The translations under genes and the position numbers were made by a program. A model generated the notes under the pieces. It did not search any database. It was not told where the DNA came from and worked only from the letters and a program-made list of their open reading frames with translations. A stretch of 61,614 nucleotides of DNA from Bacillota bacterium (GTDB lineage Bacteria; Bacillota; Clostridia; Christensenellales; UBA1431), in contig JBMOLJ010000070.1 of assembly GCA_049324235.1 (NCBI GenBank), positions 1 to 61,614 of the forward strand. Direction: 5' to 3'. Of the stretch, positions 20,817 to 31,079 are shown one piece after another (position 1 is the first letter of the stretch; every line of letters begins with the position of its first letter).

Positions 20817-21989
20817 ATGAAAAAGATCCTATGTACAGCAGTTGCGGTTTTGTCGCTCGGGTTATTGAGCGCGTGTACACAGGGAACACCAACGGCAACG
20901 ACGACACCGGCACCGGCGAATACGGTTAAGATCGGCATCAACATGGAGCTTTCGGGCGCTGTTGCCACCTACGGCCAGGACACCGTAAAAGGCATTGAGC
21001 TCGCAATCGACGAGATCAACGCAGCCGGCGGGATCAACGGGAAGACCGTTGAGCTTGTCAAGTACGACAACAAGTCGGACGCGGCCGAGGCAACCACACT
21101 GGCGACCAAGCTCATGACGCAGGACGGCGTCGCGGCCGTGCTCGGGCCTGCGACGTCAGGCGCCTTCAAGGCTGAAATCCCTGTGGCCAACGACAAAAAG
21201 ATCCCCGTGATCTCAGGTTCCGCTACGGCGGACGACGTAACGGTGGATGCGTCGGGCGTAAAGGAATATGCGTTCCGTGTCTGCTTTGCGGATTCGTACC
21301 AGGGCACGGCAATGGCGAACTTCGCTTCGAAGAACCTTAAGCTGAAAAAGGCCATCATCATCATGGACAACGCCAGCGACTACAGCAAGGGCCTGGCCAA
21401 GAGCTTTACAGAGACGTTCAAGGCCAACGGCGGCACCATCGTGGCCGAGGAAGCGTATGTAGCCGGTGACACAGACTTCAGCGCGGTGCTCACCAAGATC
21501 AAGGGCAAGGATTATGACTCTATCTTTATCCCCGGCTATTACAATGAAGCCGGTTTGATCATCAAGCAGGCCCGCGCGCTGGGCATCGATGTGCCCGTAC
21601 TCGGCGCAGATGGTTTCGATTCCCCGGATCTTGTGAAACTGGCGGGCGAGAAAGCGGCGAGCAACGTCTATTACTCCAACCACTATTCGTCTCTGGACAA
21701 AGACCCGGCGGTACAGAGTTTCATCACAACGTACAAAAATAAGTATAATGCAGAGCCGAACGCCTTCAACGCGCTGGGCTACGACCTCGCCAAGTTCACG
21801 TGCGACGCTATCGGCCGCGCGAGCAGCATCACGGGTGAAGCGGTGAAGGACGCGCTTGCGGCCACGACCGAGTATAAGGGCGTAACTGGAACGTTCAGCA
21901 TCGACAAGAACCACAACGCTGTCAAGGCGCTGGTCGTGATCGAGATGCAGAACGGCAAGCAGGTCAGCAGTGTACGGGCGGGCTTGTAA
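20817..21989 (+). CDS. livK: Branched-chain amino acid ABC substrate-binding lipoprotein
   Basis: Lipobox LSAC; INAAGGING, FRVCF.DSYQG. Confidence 0.88.
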   Translation: MKKILCTAVAVLSLGLLSACTQGTPTATTTPAPANTVKIGINMELSGAVATYGQDTVKGIELAIDEINAAGGINGKTVELVKYDNKSDAAEATTLATKLMTQDGVAAVLGPATSGAFKAEIPVANDKKIPVISGSATADDVTVDASGVKEYAFRVCFADSYQGTAMANFASKNLKLKKAIIIMDNASDYSKGLAKSFTETFKANGGTIVAEEAYVAGDTDFSAVLTKIKGKDYDSIFIPGYYNEAGLIIKQARALGIDVPVLGADGFDSPDLVKLAGEKAASNVYYSNHYSSLDKDPAVQSFITTYKNKYNAEPNAFNALGYDLAKFTCDAIGRASSITGEAVKDALAATTEYKGVTGTFSIDKNHNAVKALVVIEMQNGKQVSSVRAGL

Positions 21990-22183
21990 CGTAAAACTAT
22001 AAAGCAGCTTCTTACTGCAAGGATGTGAGTGAGGGCCTTAAAAGGCCCTCACTTGTCTATGCGTTTTGGGAGTGAAACAACCACCCGGTTCCAGAAAACA
22101 ACAATAGCGCAACCGCCTTTTTTTGTGGTATTCTTTTTGTGTACGTGTAAGCCTTTGTTTATGGGTGAAAGAGGGGAACGCAT

Positions 22184-23068
22184 TTGGACCAGTTTTTTCA
22201 ACAGGTTGTCAACGGCCTATCGCTTGGCAGCATCTACGCACTGATTGCACTGGGGTACACAATGGTGTACGGCATCATACAGCTCATCAATTTCGCGCAC
22301 TGTGACATATATATGATCGGGGCGTTTGTCGGGTATTTCTGCCTGACCGTGTTTAAAATGGATTTCGTGCCCGCGCTGTTGTTGGCCATGGCGGCCTGCA
22401 CGATTCTCGGCGTATCCATCGAAAAAGTGGCCTACAAGCCTTTGCGCAATGCGACGCGTATTGCGGTGCTGATTACCGCAATAGGCGTCTCTTTATTTCT
22501 TGAATACGGTATGATGGCCATATTCGGGCCGAACGTGCGCACCTATCCCGCTATGACGGGCCTTCTCGGCGAAACCATTAATATGGGACAGGTCGTCGTT
22601 TCGATGCAGCAGGTTATCATCATGGGTATCACGATACTGCTCATGGTGCTGCTGCATTATATTGTCAAGAAAACCAGGATTGGCAGGGCCATGCGCGCGG
22701 TTTCATTGGATGCGGACGCCGCGCGCCTGATGGGAATCAACGTCGACACGACCATATCGTTCACGTTCATGCTGGGTTCGGCTCTTGCGGGCGCGGCAGG
22801 CGTGCTGGTCGGCGTCTATTACACCTCTATCAATCCGCTCATGGGGTACCTGCCGGGTATCAAGGCCTTTATCGCGGCGGTTTTCGGCGGAATCGGCAGC
22901 ATACCCGGCGCGATGATCGGCGGATATACGATAGGCATGGTGGAGGTCATGGTCTCAGGGTACGGAAGCTCGCTGCTCAAGGATGCGGTGGTGTTCGGGA
23001 TCCTGATCCTGATACTTATCGTGAAACCGACGGGCCTCATGGGCAGAAATATCAGAGAGAAGGTGTAA
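22184..23068 (+). CDS. livH: BCAA ABC permease
   Basis: GSIYALIALGYTMVYG, KAFIAAVFGGIG; TTG start. Confidence 0.92.
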   Translation: MDQFFQQVVNGLSLGSIYALIALGYTMVYGIIQLINFAHCDIYMIGAFVGYFCLTVFKMDFVPALLLAMAACTILGVSIEKVAYKPLRNATRIAVLITAIGVSLFLEYGMMAIFGPNVRTYPAMTGLLGETINMGQVVVSMQQVIIMGITILLMVLLHYIVKKTRIGRAMRAVSLDADAARLMGINVDTTISFTFMLGSALAGAAGVLVGVYYTSINPLMGYLPGIKAFIAAVFGGIGSIPGAMIGGYTIGMVEVMVSGYGSSLLKDAVVFGILILILIVKPTGLMGRNIREKV

Positions 23069-23069
23069 C

Positions 23070-24047
23070 GTGGGAACACTTGTGAAGAAACCGGCCGTTA
23101 CCAAAGCCCTTAGCCTGGCGCTTGTATTTCTTGTTGTTCAGGCTCTGCTGTGGACTGGCGTACTCAATGACTATTACTTCGCCACGCTGGTAACGATTTG
23201 CATCAACATCATTCTTGCGGTGAGCCTGAACCTGATTACCGGCTTTACGGGCCAGTTCTCGCTGGGGCATGCGGGGTTCATGTCCATCGGCGCCTATACC
23301 TGCGCGATATTCATGATGCACGTACCTGCGACCTGGGGCGTCTGGGCCTTTCTCGCCGGCTTATTCCTGGGTGCGATTGCAGCGGGCGTTGTCGGGCTTC
23401 TGGTCGGACTGCCCACGCTGCGGCTGCGCGGGGATTACCTGGCCATTGCCACGCTGGGCCTGGCCGAAATCATTCGCGTCATATTCGTCAACCTTGAGAT
23501 TACGAACGGCGCCGCGGGACTGTCCGGCATCCCGCGGTATGTGAACTGGATATGGCTGTTCATCTTCACGGTAGGCGTTGTCCTGCTGATTGTGAACTTC
23601 CTCAAATCCTCACACGGCCGTGCCTGCATATCCATCCGCGAAGACGAGATAGCGGCGGACACGATGGGCATCAACACCACGAAGTATAAAGTGATCGCGT
23701 TCATCATCGGCGCATTATGCGCAGGCGTTGCGGGAGCACTGTACGCCTCTTATTTCTACGTGCTCAAACCGGAACTGTTCGGCTTTTTAAAGTCGATCGA
23801 CATACTCGTTATCGTGGTCTTTGGCGGCCTGGGCAGCGTGTCGGGCTCGATCCTGGCCGCAATCGTGCTCGCGCTGATATCCTCGTTCCTGCAGTCCTTT
23901 GCGGAGATACGCATGGTGCTCTACGCACTGATGCTTATCATCATTATGATCTTCAGGCCGCAGGGACTGATGGGTTCAAGGGAGGTCTCGTTCGGCCTGC
24001 TAAAAAAGCTGGGCGGCGGCCTGACATCTATAAAAAAGAGAGTTTAA
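23070..24047 (+). CDS. livM: BCAA ABC permease
   Basis: GQFSLGHAGF, LRLRGDYLAIATL. Confidence 0.92.
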   Translation: MGTLVKKPAVTKALSLALVFLVVQALLWTGVLNDYYFATLVTICINIILAVSLNLITGFTGQFSLGHAGFMSIGAYTCAIFMMHVPATWGVWAFLAGLFLGAIAAGVVGLLVGLPTLRLRGDYLAIATLGLAEIIRVIFVNLEITNGAAGLSGIPRYVNWIWLFIFTVGVVLLIVNFLKSSHGRACISIREDEIAADTMGINTTKYKVIAFIIGALCAGVAGALYASYFYVLKPELFGFLKSIDILVIVVFGGLGSVSGSILAAIVLALISSFLQSFAEIRMVLYALMLIIIMIFRPQGLMGSREVSFGLLKKLGGGLTSIKKRV

Positions 24048-24051
24048 GGCT

Positions 24052-24837
24052 ATGGTAAAACTGAGCATAGACAAATTGACAAAATCATTCGGCGGCCTGA
24101 TGGCGGTCTCCAACGTGAGCCTACAGATCAACCCCGGCGAGCTTGTGGGCCTGATTGGCCCCAACGGCGCGGGCAAGACCACCGTGTTCAACCTGCTCAC
24201 CGGCATATACGAGCCTACGTCGGGCGATATCGCGCTGGAGCGGGACGGCCGTGAAACGAAGCTCACCCGCCTGAAGCCGTATAGGATCAGCAAGGCGGGA
24301 ATCGCGCGGACGTTTCAGAACATCCGGCTCTTCCGCAATCTGACCGTTCTGGACAACGTGCGCATCGCCATGCACCAGAATGCGCGCTACGGCCTGATGT
24401 CCGGCTTCTTCCACCTCCCCGCATATGCGCGGGAGGAAAAGCGGATACTGGAAGAAAGCATCGCGCTGCTAGACATTTTTAAATTGAGCGAAAAAAGGTC
24501 CGACCTGGCAAAAAACCTCCCCTACGGCGAACAGCGCCGTCTCGAGATCGTGCGTGCGCTGGCGACGAAACCCGCGCTTTTGCTGCTCGATGAACCGGCG
24601 GCCGGCATGAACCCGGGAGAAACCGCGCAGCTCACCGATACGATCGCGCAGCTAAGGGAACGGTTCGCGCTGACAATCCTGCTCATCGAGCACGACATGT
24701 CGGTCGTCATGCGGATATGCGAACGCATCTATGTGATGGACTACGGCAGCATTATTGCGGAAGGCACGCCGGAGGAGATCAGGACCAACCAACGCGTCAT
24801 CGAAGCGTATTTGGGGGAGGATGTGGCCCATGCTTGA
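24052..24837 (+). CDS. livG: BCAA ABC ATPase
   Basis: GPNGAGKTT, LPYGEQRRLEI, LDEPAAGMN. Confidence 0.93.
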   Translation: MVKLSIDKLTKSFGGLMAVSNVSLQINPGELVGLIGPNGAGKTTVFNLLTGIYEPTSGDIALERDGRETKLTRLKPYRISKAGIARTFQNIRLFRNLTVLDNVRIAMHQNARYGLMSGFFHLPAYAREEKRILEESIALLDIFKLSEKRSDLAKNLPYGEQRRLEIVRALATKPALLLLDEPAAGMNPGETAQLTDTIAQLRERFALTILLIEHDMSVVMRICERIYVMDYGSIIAEGTPEEIRTNQRVIEAYLGEDVAHA

Positions 24838-25534
24838 GATTCAGGACATGCACGTGCATTTCGGCGTGATCCATGCATTAAAAGGCATTTCATTTACGGT
24901 CAGCGACGGGGAGATCGTCACGCTGATCGGCGCAAACGGCGCAGGCAAGACCACGACGCTACACACGGTTTCGGGCATTAAAAAGCCGACGAGCGGAACG
25001 ATTTTGCTGGATGGCGAGGATATTACGGGGCTGTCCGCCCGGGAGCGGGTCAAACGCGGGATTTCCCAGGTGCCCGAGGGGCGGCGCATATTCTCCACAT
25101 TGACCGTGCTGGAAAACCTGGAGCTTGGCGCATACCTGCGCCGCGACAAGGCGGGCATAGCCGAGGACCTGGAAAAGGTATACGACCGCTTTCCGATACT
25201 CGCCGACCGGAAGAAGCAGACGGCGGGCACGCTTTCAGGCGGGGAACAGCAGATGCTGGCCATGGGCCGCGCGCTCATGAGCCGCCCGAAAATACTCTTC
25301 CTCGACGAGCCTTCGATGGGGCTTGCGCCGCTTCTGGTGCTGGAGATATTCAACATCATCCGGGACATCAACGCGTCCGGCACTACCATATTGCTGGTGG
25401 AACAGAACGCGCGCATGGCGCTGCAGATCGCAAACCGCGCCTATGTACTGGAAACCGGCTCCATCGTGCTTTCCGGCACAGGGGCCGAACTGATGGAAAG
25501 CGACGAAATCAAAAAGGCCTATTTGGGAGGGTAA
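24830..25534 (+). CDS. livF: BCAA ABC ATPase
   Basis: GANGAGKTT, VPEGRRIF, LSGGEQQMLAM. Confidence 0.93.
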   Translation: MLEIQDMHVHFGVIHALKGISFTVSDGEIVTLIGANGAGKTTTLHTVSGIKKPTSGTILLDGEDITGLSARERVKRGISQVPEGRRIFSTLTVLENLELGAYLRRDKAGIAEDLEKVYDRFPILADRKKQTAGTLSGGEQQMLAMGRALMSRPKILFLDEPSMGLAPLLVLEIFNIIRDINASGTTILLVEQNARMALQIANRAYVLETGSIVLSGTGAELMESDEIKKAYLGG

Positions 25535-25722
25535 AGTTATAAAACCCTTATCCGTCATTCTGAGGCGAGCCGAAGAATCCTTAAGTCAAGAAATCTTCGA
25601 TTTCTTAACTTATGCACATGTGCATATTTTGCATGAAAAAATAAATTGCACGCGCGGGAAAATGAATTCTACCCGTTTCTGCAAGGAGTAATTCTTATCC
25701 GTCGTAGAAAGGAGATAAAAAG

Positions 25723-26364
25723 ATGTTTGTCAGGAACAAAATGACGACGCATCCGTTCATCATCTCCCCGGACCAGACGATACCTGACGCGCATGAAATC
25801 ATGGCAAAGCACGGCGTAAGGCGCCTGCCGGTCGTCAAAAACGGCAAGCTTGTCGGCGTGGTTTCAAGGGAGGACATCGCCCATGCTTCCCCGTCCAAGG
25901 CAACGGCCCTGAGCTTCGGGGAGCTTAACTACCTGCTCGCCAAAACAAAGATCAGCCAGGTCATGGTCAGGGATCCGCTTACGATATCCCCGGACGCCCT
26001 GCTTGAAGAAGCCGCAATCGCCATGCGCGACCACGAGATCGGGTTTCTGCCGGTCGTCCAGGATGACCGGCTGGTGGGCGTCATCACGGAAAGCAACATC
26101 TTTGACGCTTTTACCGAGCTTCTTGGCATGCGTGACGCGGGTACGCGGCTGACCATTGAGGCGGAGGATATGCCCGGAATCATGGCCAGTATTGCCAGAA
26201 TATTCGCGGAATTCGACGTGAACATCACACATGTGGCCGTTTACCGCGGGTCCAGCGGAAAAAGCGCCGTTGTCGTGGGCATTCAGTCCTATAATACCGA
26301 AGACATCGAAAAAACCATCGAGAACCAGGGGTTTAAAATCATCCGCAAGCAGCAGAACAGGTAG
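25723..26364 (+). CDS. CBS+ACT domain protein (AcuB-like)
   Basis: Tandem CBS (RRLPVV, GVITES) plus ACT (ED.PG...NI). Confidence 0.88.
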   Translation: MFVRNKMTTHPFIISPDQTIPDAHEIMAKHGVRRLPVVKNGKLVGVVSREDIAHASPSKATALSFGELNYLLAKTKISQVMVRDPLTISPDALLEEAAIAMRDHEIGFLPVVQDDRLVGVITESNIFDAFTELLGMRDAGTRLTIEAEDMPGIMASIARIFAEFDVNITHVAVYRGSSGKSAVVVGIQSYNTEDIEKTIENQGFKIIRKQQNR

Positions 26365-26378
26365 CCTACCGTACATCG

Positions 26379-27227
26379 TTACGAATACATGCGCATGAGC
26401 TCTTCCATCGTGATGAACCTACAGCCCTTTTCCACGCAGTATTGCACGAATTCCTCAAACAGCCTGGAATCGGTCTGTATCTGGAAATTTCCCGTATCGT
26501 ATTTAACTTCCCTGAACATGGAATGGGCGCGAAAAACGACAACCGCTTTTTCTTTTACGGCCCTGTCAACGATAGCCTCCCGTGTCAGCAGCTGCGACTC
26601 TGTCTCCATATCCGCGCTGATCGAGTCGATCTCATAGGGTTTTACATGATTTAAATCAACAAACTTATTCTGGTAATACGCTTTTCTGATTTGCTTCCGG
26701 TAAGGCTTCATGGCTTCAATCACCCTTTGGTCGTACGAGCCGTAAGGGTAGGCGGCTACGGCCGGAGGCCTTAACCCTTGCCGGGCAAACGAGGCGTCCA
26801 CAGCCTCCATGCTTTGCCTGATTTGTTCCGTTGACATCGTTTCGAGGTCTTTGTGGGAATACGTATGATCGCCAAAAACCCAGCCATAGGCCATCATCTC
26901 CTTCACCATGTCCCATGTTATCCGGGAGGTGCTTTTTTTATCCAGATAGCTGGAAATGATGTACGATGTGCCTTTGATAGCGTATTTTTTTAAAATTGGG
27001 TATGCCAGCAGGTAATCCGTAATACAGCCGTCGTCAAATGTAAATGCGATGACTGCGCTCTCCTGTGCATTCCCTTCCCTGCCCTGACCGTTGCCGATTT
27101 CTTTCACGGAAATCTTATTATCATTGGCAAGCTTGGTTGCAGTGCAGCCGGTAATAATGAGGATAAATATAACAAACAGGGAAATGGCTGCACGTATCTG
27201 TTTTTTGCTTTCCGAATTATTATCCAT
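26379..27227 (-). CDS. Polysaccharide deacetylase family lipoprotein
   Basis: FTFDDG, HTYSH, AYPYG NodB-type motifs; ITGC lipobox-like. Confidence 0.85.
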   Translation of the reverse strand: MDNNSESKKQIRAAISLFVIFILIITGCTATKLANDNKISVKEIGNGQGREGNAQESAVIAFTFDDGCITDYLLAYPILKKYAIKGTSYIISSYLDKKSTSRITWDMVKEMMAYGWVFGDHTYSHKDLETMSTEQIRQSMEAVDASFARQGLRPPAVAAYPYGSYDQRVIEAMKPYRKQIRKAYYQNKFVDLNHVKPYEIDSISADMETESQLLTREAIVDRAVKEKAVVVFRAHSMFREVKYDTGNFQIQTDSRLFEEFVQYCVEKGCRFITMEELMRMYS

Positions 27228-27390
27228 ATCTTTTGTTTGTACGGTTTTATAAAAGAATACACAGGGAAAAAGTTGCTGGGTGTCATTTCCTAGTCAATAC
27301 AATAATTATCATTGTTTAAATCTTGAGACGGCAGGCTGATTGTCTCGGGGAGCGCTGTACGGACACCCTGTAACGCACTTTGAAACCAAA

Positions 27391-28209
27391 TCAGTCGCAC
27401 AGCAGATGATGCGGAGCCGGCGCGGGCAGATCTGCGGCGGCGCTGCTTTGGACCTCGGAAGCAAGCTCCGTCAGGCAGCCCCAATACCGCTTGGGCATGT
27501 GGCCCATGCGGCAGCGCGGGTTGCGCCGCTCTTGGATCTCGATGGTATCGTAAAAGAGCCGCCACAGTGCGCGGAACTTCATCTCCTCCTCATCTGGGCA
27601 GGGCAGTTCGAGCTCTTGGACACCAGCGATTGTCCATGTATGGTTCTGGTACAGCAGCGCCATACCGTGCGTCTTATCGTGGATTAAAAACCGCTCATTG
27701 GGAAACCGCTCGCAAAAATGGCGCGCGATCAGCGGCAGGACGATGTTTTTGGGTTCGATCCGGGCCGCCAGTATCCCGTTCGTCTCCGAAAACCGGACAA
27801 AGCCCTTGTACAAATGCGCCTCGTTTTCGAGGTGGCGGACGGCGGCAAAGAGCGCCTGCACAGACTCGTCGGTCAGCCGGTTCATAACCTGGGGGCCGCA
27901 GCAATAGCCGAGGCGCAGGAACCGCAGAATCAGCAGTTCCTTTTGCGGGTGGCAGGTCAGAAACGCACGCCGGACAAAGCCCAATGCGTCCCGCCCCATC
28001 TTTTCCGGTATGGACAACAGCACCCGTCGCGCCTTTTCCCGGTCGGTCTCGACGGTTTGGACGGGAAGCAGCAGCGGCAACGGCGCGCCTTCGGGCAATA
28101 TATCCAAAGGCAGCTCCTTTTTGTCGTAGCTTTCAAACACGCAGCACAGCAGCCCGTCAAAGCTGCCGTCATAGCAGTAAATCAAAGTTGACCGCTCAGG
28201 CATTTGCAC
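27391..28209 (-). CDS. Putative DNA repair protein (DUF4130/TIGR03915-type)
   Basis: YDGSFDG, EAH..KGFVRF, RNP......MPKRYW. Confidence 0.85.
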   Translation of the reverse strand: MQMPERSTLIYCYDGSFDGLLCCVFESYDKKELPLDILPEGAPLPLLLPVQTVETDREKARRVLLSIPEKMGRDALGFVRRAFLTCHPQKELLILRFLRLGYCCGPQVMNRLTDESVQALFAAVRHLENEAHLYKGFVRFSETNGILAARIEPKNIVLPLIARHFCERFPNERFLIHDKTHGMALLYQNHTWTIAGVQELELPCPDEEEMKFRALWRLFYDTIEIQERRNPRCRMGHMPKRYWGCLTELASEVQSSAAADLPAPAPHHLLCD

Positions 28210-29498
28210 ACCTCCTCCCGCATGAGCGCCGGGTGTTCAAACAGCGAAAGCTGGCGCGGCGCGTTAAAAAGCGCCTGCTCCGCCCTGCCGCGCGCTTGCT
28301 CGGACAACAGCGCGCACAGCAGCGCGTCCTGCGCCGTGTCCAGGCCGTACGGGCGCTTTCCAGCGCAGGTAATAAAATACTGCGCACGCTTGAGCACGAC
28401 GCCGAGCTTTTTCAGCCCGGCAACGTCGATGCTCCCCGTACGCCGCACGGCCACAATGCGCTGCGCACTGCGCACGCCGATACCGGGCACACGGAGCAGC
28501 GTTTCGTATGGCGCGCGGTTGACCTCAACGGGGAAACGCTCGGGGTGATTGAGCGCCCAGTTGCATTTGGGATCGAGAAAGGGATTAAAGCTCGGATGCG
28601 CGTCGTCGAGCAGTTCGGCGGCTGTAAAACCGTAAAACCGCAGCAGCCAGTCGGCCTGGTACAATCTATGTTCGCGCAACAGCGGCGGTTTGGTATCCGC
28701 AGCGGGTAGCAGCGCGCTCGAGCCTACAGGCACATATGCCGAAAAAAACACGCGCCTGAGCCTGTAGTTTTTGTACAGTCTCTCTGTCAGGTTCAGTATC
28801 CGCAAATCGCTCTCGTCCGATGCCCCGACGATCATCTGCGTGCTCTGCCCTGCGGGCGCGAATCTCGGCGCGTTTTTGTAACGCACAAGCTCTTCCCCGC
28901 TTTGCTCGATACGCGCGCGGATGAAGCCCATCGGCTTCAGGATGGATTCCTTGGATTTGTCGGGCGCGAGCAGGCGCAGGCTGTCCTGTGAAGGAAGCTC
29001 GATATTAACGCTCATGCGGTCGGCCAGCAAGCCCAGCCGGTTAAGGAGCGCGCTGTCCGCCCCGGGGATGGCCTTGGCATGGATATAGCCATAAAAGCGG
29101 TATTCTTCGCGCAGGATACGCAGCGTTTCTATCATCCGTTCGACAGTATAGTCGGGACTTTTGAGCACGCCGGAGCTTAAAAAAAGCCCCTCGATGTAGT
29201 TGCGGCGGTAAAACGCAATCGTCAGTTCGGCCAGCTCGCGCGGCTCGAACGCCGCGCGCGGCGCATCGCCCGAGCGGCGGTTGAGGCAGTACGCGCAGTC
29301 GTATGCGCAGGAATTGGTCATGAGCACCTTAAGGAGCGAGATGCACCGTCCATCGCCCGAAAAGCTGTGGCAGATGCCCATTGCCGCCGCATTGCCTATG
29401 CCGCCGCGCGCAGGTTTTTTATCTACCCCGCTGGACGTGCAGGCAACGTCGTACTTCGCCGCGTCCGTGAGAATTTTGAGCTTATCAAACAGGTCCAA
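28182..29498 (-). CDS. Putative DNA modification/repair radical SAM protein (TIGR03916-type)
   Basis: AAKYDVAC, C.YDC.YC, REHRLYQADWL, HhH LRVPGIG, C-terminal QLSLF; TTG start. Confidence 0.9.
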   Translation of the reverse strand: MDLFDKLKILTDAAKYDVACTSSGVDKKPARGGIGNAAAMGICHSFSGDGRCISLLKVLMTNSCAYDCAYCLNRRSGDAPRAAFEPRELAELTIAFYRRNYIEGLFLSSGVLKSPDYTVERMIETLRILREEYRFYGYIHAKAIPGADSALLNRLGLLADRMSVNIELPSQDSLRLLAPDKSKESILKPMGFIRARIEQSGEELVRYKNAPRFAPAGQSTQMIVGASDESDLRILNLTERLYKNYRLRRVFFSAYVPVGSSALLPAADTKPPLLREHRLYQADWLLRFYGFTAAELLDDAHPSFNPFLDPKCNWALNHPERFPVEVNRAPYETLLRVPGIGVRSAQRIVAVRRTGSIDVAGLKKLGVVLKRAQYFITCAGKRPYGLDTAQDALLCALLSEQARGRAEQALFNAPRQLSLFEHPALMREEVCKCLSGQL

Positions 29499-29519
29499 TT
29501 TGCCCACATCCTTTTCCCT

Positions 29520-29549
29520 ATCATACAATAGAACATATGTTCTTGTAAA
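29520..29549 (-). promoter_or_regulatory. Promoter with LexA (Cheo/SOS) box GAACATATGTTC at 29531-29542
   Basis: GAAC-N4-GTTC between TTTACA (-35) and TATGAT (-10). Confidence 0.8.
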
Positions 29550-29740
29550 GAGAAAAGGAACTACTGCACTTTTAAATAAGCACCTGGGTTGATGCGCGGT
29601 ATCCACTCTGTTTAGTTAATTGTTTGACTCGCCGAAATTTTCAGTTGGTCATATGCGTGCCGGTAAAACTAATGTAAAAGTATGTAAAGGAGTTAGAAGG
29701 ACAAACAGCGGTTTGTCCTTCTTTTTTTATAATCATTATG

Positions 29741-31075
29741 TCATTTTTGCTTGATCTGCTCCAAGTCCGCCTCAAGAGCTTCTTTTATTTTGACCGTATC
29801 CCCGTTGTTCTCCCTTATAATCCGGCTCACCCTGTCATAACCCAGAACCGGAGTATATGCTGTTGCAAAAGCATAGGAACTGTCCAGCAACTGCGCACAC
29901 CTGTGCCTGTCCGGTTGAAGCAGGGCAACGCATTTTGTTCGAAACAGCATGACCGCCCGTTCCAGCAGCGAGAGGTTTTCGAGCAGGACATCCGCTATTA
30001 ACGGTAAAAATGCATTCAGCTCAAACTCCCCGTGCGCAGCCGCCATCGTAATTGCGTAATCATTGGCTATTACCTTCATTGCGACCTGCATCACCATTTC
30101 CGGTATGACCGGATTCACCTTTCCGGGCATGATGGTGCTGCCTGTCTGCATGGGAGCAAGTTTTATTTCGCCCAGTCCGCCATAAGGCCCTGAATTCATC
30201 AGCCGCAAATCGTTTGAAATCTTCATTAGATTTACAGCCAGAGCCTTGAGCAGGCCGGAAACCTCGACAAACACATCATTATTCTGTGTGATATCCATCG
30301 GGTATTCCGCAGCCGCGAGGCCCAGGCACGTGATTTTCCGCAGTTCCTCAATGATGCCGAAACGGTATTTCCGCATGGCATTATCCCCTGTCCCGACGGC
30401 AGTTCCCCCGATATTTACCTGCCGAAGCCTTTCCTCCACCTTGTATAGCCTCCACCGGTCGCGTCCGACCGCCTGCGCGAAGGCGCCGAACTCTGCGCCC
30501 AGCGTAACCGGGACCGCATCCATCAGCTCGGTACGGCCGAGTTTTTTGATGTTGTCAAACGCATTTTCTTTTTCCTGCAATGCTTCCTGGAGTTTTGCGC
30601 AGGCATCGCTCAGATTGCGCAAAAGTTCTATCGCGGCAATTCTTAAAGCGGTCGGATACACATCGTTGGTCGATTGCCCGCAGTTCACTTCATCGAGAGG
30701 ATGGATTGCATCATTTATACCGGTCTCTTTCAGAATTTCCGAAGCCAGATTTGCAATTACTTCGTTTACGTTCATATTGGTCGAGGTTCCTGCCCCGCCC
30801 TGCAAAGCATCCACAACAAACTGGCCGTCCGCTTCACTTGAAAGGACGCGATTGCAGGCATCGGCGATTGCCCGGTAAATACCGTTTTTGCCCATACCCA
30901 GCTTCTCGTAGGTCAGCGCCGCCGCCTTTTTCACCTTAACAATCGCATAGATCAGGCGCAAATCCGTCTTTTTATAATCGAGCGCGAAGTTCTCTTTCGC
31001 ACGCGCGGTTTGGATTCCATACAATGCTTCATCTTCCAGTTGGACCTCCCCGAGCGCATCCTTTTCGGTACGCAT
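29741..31075 (-). CDS. aspA: Aspartate ammonia-lyase family protein
   Basis: QGGAGTSTNMNVNE, GQSTND, GSTIMPGKVNP. Confidence 0.85.
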   Translation of the reverse strand: MRTEKDALGEVQLEDEALYGIQTARAKENFALDYKKTDLRLIYAIVKVKKAAALTYEKLGMGKNGIYRAIADACNRVLSSEADGQFVVDALQGGAGTSTNMNVNEVIANLASEILKETGINDAIHPLDEVNCGQSTNDVYPTALRIAAIELLRNLSDACAKLQEALQEKENAFDNIKKLGRTELMDAVPVTLGAEFGAFAQAVGRDRWRLYKVEERLRQVNIGGTAVGTGDNAMRKYRFGIIEELRKITCLGLAAAEYPMDITQNNDVFVEVSGLLKALAVNLMKISNDLRLMNSGPYGGLGEIKLAPMQTGSTIMPGKVNPVIPEMVMQVAMKVIANDYAITMAAAHGEFELNAFLPLIADVLLENLSLLERAVMLFRTKCVALLQPDRHRCAQLLDSSYAFATAYTPVLGYDRVSRIIRENNGDTVKIKEALEADLEQIKQK

Positions 31076-31079
31076 TCTC

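Noticed and set aside
25552-25610. REP-like element array
   Set aside because: Single GTCATTCT..AGAATC copy plus a hairpin; no repetition in the window
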